In this document: positions 58,552 to 64,000 of the stretch, in pieces
Layout of the letters: every line of letters starts with the position of its first letter
How positions within the stretch are numbered: the stretch's first letter is position 1
From: Candidatus Poribacteria bacterium
Lineage (GTDB): Bacteria; Poribacteria; WGA-4E; WGA-3G
Direction: 5' to 3'
NCBI GenBank assembly: GCA_965205015.1
Contig: OZ242029.1
Coordinates: 3,872,001 to 3,936,000 of the forward strand
DNA: 64,000 nucleotides
Program-made: the position numbers and the translations under genes
Notes under the pieces: model-generated
The model's input: the letters and a program-made list of their open reading frames with translations, nothing else
Told to the model about the DNA's origin: nothing
Database searches by the model: none

Positions 58552-59736
58552 CTATTCTATTGCGTCCAGAGCGGTGGGTGTGACCGGATTGTCGCTATCT
58601 TGGATTGCCGGCTTAGGTGCCTTCATTACAAGAAGTCCTGCGACAATAGAGACAACAATAAACGCGGAAACCACATTTCCGATACCCACGATCAGACGAG
58701 AGTTGGTCGTTATCCATAAAATGCCGGTTACGACGATTGAAGTCAAAGCGACAGGCAACAGAAATTTCCAACCGAAGTTCATGAGTTGGTCGTAGCGGAA
58801 TCGAGGCAGCGTCCAACGCACCCAGATAAACACGAACAGGAAAATCGCTGTTTTGACAAAAAAGATACCGAATGAGATCAGTCCGCTCCATACAGGACCG
58901 CCCATATTCTCCAATCCGAAGAAATGCCAGCCGCCTAAAAAGAGCGTCACTGTTACGGCAGACCCGACAATCATGTTCATGTATTCAGCCATGAAAAACA
59001 TCGCGAATTTCATGCTACTGTATTCGGTGTGATATCCTGCGACGAGTTCCTGTTCCGCTTCAGCGAGGTCAAAGGGCAATCGGTTGGTTTCTGCGAACAT
59101 TGCCGTTGTAAACGCCAGGAATGCGGGAAAGTGAATCAGGAAATTCCACTGCCACGGATAGGCGCCTTGTTCTACTGCGATTGCCCGAAGACTCAGGGAG
59201 CTCGTTAGCATGAGTATTCCTATGATTGCCAACCCGAGTGTTAGTTCGTAGCTAATCATCTGTGCAGAAGAACGTAAACCCCCCAGGAGCGAATATTTGT
59301 TATTAGATGCCCATGCCCCGAGCACAACACCATAGACGCCAAGCGACGTTATCGCCAAGATATACAGAATCCCGATGTTGATATCCGCAATTTGGAGCGG
59401 TATTTCATGTCCCAGTACCGTAATAGAACTCCCAAATGGTACGACTGCGACCGCCACAAGTGCTGGGACTAATAACATTGCTGGTGCCATCACATAAAGT
59501 GGCTTATCCACATGATCTGGGATGAGGTCCTCTTTAAACAGGAACTTAAGCCCGTCTGCGACAGGTTGGAGGAGTCCTTGGGGGCCAACCCGGTTAGGTC
59601 CCAACCGATCCTGCATCCATCCGCTCACCCGTCGTTCCGCCCAGATCATTAGCATCACGCCAATAAGCAGTAAATGGACGATGATGAAAATTTTGACGAT
59701 TGAACTGATGATTAAAACGAGAGGGAAATTTTCCAT
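58552..59736 (-). CDS. nuoH: NADH-quinone oxidoreductase subunit H
   Basis: ERR, QDRLGPNRVG, ADGLK...KED, SYE, ETNRLPFDL.EAEQELV.GY.TEYS and PRFRYDQL motifs. Confidence 0.96.
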   Translation of the reverse strand: MENFPLVLIISSIVKIFIIVHLLLIGVMLMIWAERRVSGWMQDRLGPNRVGPQGLLQPVADGLKFLFKEDLIPDHVDKPLYVMAPAMLLVPALVAVAVVPFGSSITVLGHEIPLQIADINIGILYILAITSLGVYGVVLGAWASNNKYSLLGGLRSSAQMISYELTLGLAIIGILMLTSSLSLRAIAVEQGAYPWQWNFLIHFPAFLAFTTAMFAETNRLPFDLAEAEQELVAGYHTEYSSMKFAMFFMAEYMNMIVGSAVTVTLFLGGWHFFGLENMGGPVWSGLISFGIFFVKTAIFLFVFIWVRWTLPRFRYDQLMNFGWKFLLPVALTSIVVTGILWITTNSRLIVGIGNVVSAFIVVSIVAGLLVMKAPKPAIQDSDNPVTPTALDAIE

Positions 59737-59757
59737 TTTTTTAATATTCCTTTTTAT

Positions 59758-59954
59758 AGTTGTCGGTTATCGGTTCGCCTGCTGCGCAGGCTTTCAGTTA
59801 TCAGTTACAGGAGGCTTTGGTTAAACGAGGGGAAATACGCAGAAATACCGGATTTAGTCTGGGAATAGACTAAATCCATTCCTTGTATTATATTGCAAAG
59901 ACCCCCAGCAAAAACACCTCTTAACTGAAAACCGATAACTGAAAACTGACAACT
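59758..59954. repeat. Heptamer-array inverted-repeat element with an internal hairpin
   Basis: AGTTGTC GGTTATC...AGTTATC AGTTAC on the left; TTAACTGAAAACCGATAACTGAAAACTGACAACT on the right; internal GGATTTAGTCT/AGACTAAATCC. Confidence 0.72.
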
Positions 59955-59957
59955 ATT

Positions 59958-61619
59958 TTACTGGTCGCTGTCTGCTAACTTAATCCCTGCATCTCCAATT
60001 TTTTGATGTGTTGCGTCAGCATAGCCCGGTACATTCTCAGCAATCATCAGTGATATCTCACCAGCAAAGTGATAGTTAATCTCACCGCCCAACTGCTTGG
60101 CAAGCTGCTGCGTAATTTCCCAGTCCACACGCGCTTCACCCGGCGGATCAATCGTCTTACGAATCCGTTGCACCCACCCTGTTGAGTTGGTAAAGGTACC
60201 GTCTTTCTCGGCGAAGGTGGTCCCGGGTAGTACGACATCAGCTAACTGTGTGACTTCTGAAGGCAAAACGTCTTGCACGATAAGGAAATCAACACTCTCC
60301 AATGCAGCTTTTTCATCATTTTCAAGAGGACGTTCGGGGCCACCACTAACGAGGTAAACGACTTTTGCACCCGATACTTTTTTCCAAAGCGCGTCACCCT
60401 CTAAAACGGTGTTGCCATTTGCAGAGCCGAGTATCGTTCGTGCTCCCGCCGTGTTTGGGTTTTTGTCGGCTTCAATGGTAAACTGTGGGAACTTGTGTTC
60501 TTCACCTGGCAGATGCCCAAAGAGTCCCAACTGCGTTGTTTTCAGGACATCGTGTGCGAACTGCTGTAAGACGTAGTTGTCTTCATTGGTGCCCTGTGCA
60601 GAGCCGATAACAACAATGTCCTCAGTTTCTATTTCCGACAATTTTTCTGTGATTGTCGCTAAGGCATCTGCCCAATGTGTTGGCGTGAGTTGATCATCAA
60701 CCCGTTTAAGTGGAAGTTGGAGCCGGTCATCACTGTTGACATAGTGGTAACCGAGGCGACCATCGTCACATATCCAATGTTGGTTGATGTCTTCGTGGAA
60801 GCGCGGCTTGAGCCTGTACACACCGTCAGCTTTATATTCTACAGTGATATTACAACCGACACTACATCCTGAACAGACGCTGTTTGCTTTCTCTAAGAAC
60901 CAGGGACGAGATTTGAACAAGAAATCTTTGCTAATCAATGCGCCAACGGGACATATATCAACAACATTCCCTGCCAATTTGTTATCCAGTACCTGCAAGG
61001 GAACACCCTCGTGGCTGCGTGGGATGTCAATTTCATCGTGGGAGCCGCGGTGAACTAAGCCTAATTCGCCCGTTCCGGAAACCTCTTCCGAAAATCGAAT
61101 ACACCGAGTGCAGACAACGCAGCGTGTTGCGTAAAGCAGCACATCGGGTCCTAAATCTTTCTTGGGTGGAACATTTTTGACCTCAAGATAGCGACTCTTA
61201 TCATGTCCATGTCGATGTGAGTAGTCTTGCAAATCGCACTCACCAGCCTGATCACAGACGGGGCAATCAAGTGGGTGATGCACAAGCAGAAATTCCAATA
61301 TGTCCGCGCGTGCCTTTTTGACGCGCTCGCTATCTGTGCGGACAATAAAGTCGTATTTCCCATCAAGTTTCCTATCGGGGGGTGCTGTTCTCAGCACTGT
61401 GGTGCACCCGGTTGCGAGTTGCCGATCCGGGACGATTGCGCCAGCAGGTGGAAAGAAAACATGCGGTTCAACGAGACACATTCTGCAGTTTGCAGGACGG
61501 CTCAACCCGGGGTGATAACAGTAGTGCGGGACTTCAATACCGTGTTGCCTTGCTGCCTCGACTACATTCGTTCCATCTTCAACCTCTATCTCAAGGTCAT
61601 CCAGTTTAACAAATGCCAT
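59958..61619 (-). CDS. nuoG: NADH-quinone oxidoreductase subunit G (short form)
   Basis: CYH...CRMC, HPLDCPVCDQAGECDLQ, CVVCTRC...CPVGAL and CSGCSVGC...C motifs. Confidence 0.92.
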   Translation of the reverse strand: MAFVKLDDLEIEVEDGTNVVEAARQHGIEVPHYCYHPGLSRPANCRMCLVEPHVFFPPAGAIVPDRQLATGCTTVLRTAPPDRKLDGKYDFIVRTDSERVKKARADILEFLLVHHPLDCPVCDQAGECDLQDYSHRHGHDKSRYLEVKNVPPKKDLGPDVLLYATRCVVCTRCIRFSEEVSGTGELGLVHRGSHDEIDIPRSHEGVPLQVLDNKLAGNVVDICPVGALISKDFLFKSRPWFLEKANSVCSGCSVGCNITVEYKADGVYRLKPRFHEDINQHWICDDGRLGYHYVNSDDRLQLPLKRVDDQLTPTHWADALATITEKLSEIETEDIVVIGSAQGTNEDNYVLQQFAHDVLKTTQLGLFGHLPGEEHKFPQFTIEADKNPNTAGARTILGSANGNTVLEGDALWKKVSGAKVVYLVSGGPERPLENDEKAALESVDFLIVQDVLPSEVTQLADVVLPGTTFAEKDGTFTNSTGWVQRIRKTIDPPGEARVDWEITQQLAKQLGGEINYHFAGEISLMIAENVPGYADATHQKIGDAGIKLADSDQ

Positions 61620-61633
61620 TTTTTAATTTTTCC

Positions 61634-63109
61634 TTATAGGTCACCGAACTCCTTCGGGATAAACCGCTGTTGATACGCGTAATTTTCTTCCGGTGGCACC
61701 GTCGCTTCAGCAACGGGTAGCGTGACGAGTTTACCTTCTCGGATAGCGGCTTCAAATTCGGGTCGGAACTTACGCATATAACTCACGGCGGGCCACGAGA
61801 CAGCAATACCAAAGACACAAATCGTATTCCATGTCATCGTATCCACATTCGCGATGTTATTGGCGACACTTTCCAGTAAATCCAAGTCTTCGTAGATTTC
61901 TTCTGTCTCACCGGTATCACCCCATCTGCCATTTTCAGCGACCCCGAATTTGGGACGGGTCATCGTGTCTTTTCGTCCGTTTCCGTCGGCAATGCGCTGG
62001 ACAATATCTCGCACCCATGGGGTCCCCCAGCGGCACGGCGTACACTGTCCACACGATTCATGTGCGTAGAATTTCATGATATTGAGCAGACAATCGACGA
62101 TGTTCCGGGTCTCGTTCATGACGATGATGCCGCCGGACCCGAGCATCGACTTGGCGAGTGTGAGCGAAGTAAAATCGAGTCGCGTATCCAACTCGTAGTG
62201 CGTTAGAATCGGTGCGGAACTCCCACCGGGGATAACTGCTTTCACCTCTTCGCCGCGCAGGCCGCCTGCAACCTCAATGAGTTCTGAACAGGTCAAACCG
62301 AGATCGAGCTCATAAACGCCGGGTTCGTTAACATCGCCACTGATGCAATAGAGTTTCGTGCCCGTGTTGGGATCGGGTGTCGGCGGATTCGCGCGCGTAT
62401 CGGCATACGTCGGTCCCATCTGGGTATACCATTCAACGCCGTTGCCAATGATGAAAGGCAGGTTACACAATGTCTCAACATTCTGGACGACGGTTGGTTT
62501 TCCAAACACGCCTTCAACAGCAGGGAACGGCGGTTTGTTCCGAGGTTGCCCACGTTTGCCCTCAAGCGATTCAATGAGTCCCGTCTCCTCGCCACAGATA
62601 TAGGCACCGGCACCTGGGTGTGTATAGATGTCGATGTTGAGACCAGTGCCACGGATGTCTTTGCCGAGGTATCCCTTCTCGTAAGCTTCCTTGATGGCGG
62701 CATCCAACATCTTTTTCCCGAGTGTGAATTCACCGCGAATGTAGACATAGGTCGTCTCGATGCCCATTGCATAGCAGCAAATCAGGATACCCTCAATCAA
62801 TAGGTGTGGATTCTTTTCCAAAACGTAGCGATTACTAAACGTCCCTGGTTCACTTTCGTCGGCATTGCAACAGAGATAACACGGTTTTATGTCTCTTGGA
62901 ACGAAACTCCATTTCAAGCCTGTCGAAAATCCGGCACCGCCTCTACCCTTCAACCCGGAATCCATCACCATTTTCGCAATATCGTCTGGTTGATATTCGG
63001 CGATTGCCTTTTCAAAACGGGTGTAGCCGTCGTATTGCCGAAAGACATCGAACGTGTTAATATCAGGCACATCCAGATGCTCGTAGAGAATTCGTCTTTC
63101 TTCTACCAT
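61634..63109 (-). CDS. nuoF: NADH-quinone oxidoreductase subunit F
   Basis: GRGGAGF, NADESEPGT, YICGEET and ESCGQCTPCR...TIC motifs. Confidence 0.96.
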   Translation of the reverse strand: MVEERRILYEHLDVPDINTFDVFRQYDGYTRFEKAIAEYQPDDIAKMVMDSGLKGRGGAGFSTGLKWSFVPRDIKPCYLCCNADESEPGTFSNRYVLEKNPHLLIEGILICCYAMGIETTYVYIRGEFTLGKKMLDAAIKEAYEKGYLGKDIRGTGLNIDIYTHPGAGAYICGEETGLIESLEGKRGQPRNKPPFPAVEGVFGKPTVVQNVETLCNLPFIIGNGVEWYTQMGPTYADTRANPPTPDPNTGTKLYCISGDVNEPGVYELDLGLTCSELIEVAGGLRGEEVKAVIPGGSSAPILTHYELDTRLDFTSLTLAKSMLGSGGIIVMNETRNIVDCLLNIMKFYAHESCGQCTPCRWGTPWVRDIVQRIADGNGRKDTMTRPKFGVAENGRWGDTGETEEIYEDLDLLESVANNIANVDTMTWNTICVFGIAVSWPAVSYMRKFRPEFEAAIREGKLVTLPVAEATVPPEENYAYQQRFIPKEFGDL

Positions 63110-63229
63110 TTTTTAATTTATGACTCCTGGGCGTTGCTCCATTATATTACGCAACGGTTTCCGGTAAAGTTTGTAACCTTTCCGAACCTGAAGTAGGTTG
63201 CTTACTTCTCGGATTTTTCGTTTTCTCAA

Positions 63230-63757
63230 CTATGCTTCCTGCAAATTATCTAAGATCTCATCAACCTTTTCCGGGGTTAAATTCTTATACAAATCGTCAT
63301 TCACCATGATAACAGGAGCGACATCGCACGAGGCAAGACATTCCACTTTCATGAGTGTGAACTTCCCATCAGCAGTTGTGCCTTTGGCGAGATTGGTTTC
63401 AGCAGCAACATCCGTGTCCAACTTCATCTTAAGATGGTCCAAAACGCCCTTACAATCTCGCAGTGCACAAGGAAGGGTATGACATACCCGAATGACGTAT
63501 TCTCCTACCGGTTCTTCAAAGAACATCGGATAGAAAGTAACGACATCCTTGACCTTCATCACAGAGACTTCAAGTTGCTCTGCGACATACTTCATGACGG
63601 CAGGTGTAATGTAGCCTGCCTGCCTTTGCGCGAGATGAAGGGTTGGCAGCATCGCCGCTTCTTTAATGGGATATCGCCCTATCAACGCGTCGAATTCACG
63701 TTGGTTTTCTTCATTAAACGCGAAAGGCGTTTCAATTTGAATGAGTGCATCTGACAT
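63230..63757 (-). CDS. nuoE: NADH-quinone oxidoreductase subunit E
   Basis: VTFY.MF, CHTLPC and ECLASC..AP motifs. Confidence 0.94.
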   Translation of the reverse strand: MSDALIQIETPFAFNEENQREFDALIGRYPIKEAAMLPTLHLAQRQAGYITPAVMKYVAEQLEVSVMKVKDVVTFYPMFFEEPVGEYVIRVCHTLPCALRDCKGVLDHLKMKLDTDVAAETNLAKGTTADGKFTLMKVECLASCDVAPVIMVNDDLYKNLTPEKVDEILDNLQEA

Positions 63758-63782
63758 CTATATTTTCCTTAAAATTCTCCAA

Positions 63783-63919
63783 AAAATGTTACACTTGTGT
63801 AACATTTTCCTTGAAGAGGTTAGGCATATAAAACCCAGTGATCGTAAGGGTTCAAGGTCATCTTTTCTGATCTCTCGCGGTGAAAAAAAATAGTAATTTT
63901 GCGAAAAGTGTAACATTTT
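63783..63919. mobile_element. Possible MITE-like element with perfect 14-bp terminal inverted repeats
   Basis: AAAATGTTACACTT (63783-63796) and AAGTGTAACATTTT (63906-63919). Confidence 0.4.
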
Positions 63920-64000
63920 ACTGATATTAATCTGCTGCTACAAATGCCTCCTGTACTTTGCGAGGTAATTCAACAAAAATGAAATAAGATTCAGGATACA

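Overview
A 64 kb chromosomal segment from a Gram-negative bacterium, most likely Candidatus Poribacteria or a close relative. This assignment is inferred from three sulfatase-family genes, three PhyH-type dioxygenases, secreted beta-propellers (one with dockerin-like repeats and a 'YPNPFNPETWIPYQL...RKMLIRK' C-terminal domain) and three paralogous DUF6785-like membrane proteins. Housekeeping content: purL/purQ, tRNA-Val and tRNA-Asp, serS, bioB, pyrK, copA, glycosyltransferases and the nuoE-N part of a complex I operon. The most notable features are: (1) a compact UvrD-like helicase with an apparently intact GIY-YIG nuclease inserted in it, directly downstream of an antitoxin-like/HNH pair, which is a candidate uncharacterised defence or DNA-processing module; (2) a complex I operon with no nuoI at its usual position, an ion-transporter gene between nuoM and nuoN, and two tiny membrane ORFs between nuoL and nuoM; (3) several intergenic repeat families, one of which supplies the ribosome-binding site of unrelated genes; (4) a TPR-amidase translationally coupled to a DigH-like glycosyl hydrolase; (5) a sulfatase-fold enzyme with Thr in place of the CxPxR motif. 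No CRISPR array, transposase, integrase or rRNA was found. Family names come from motif recognition, not database searches.
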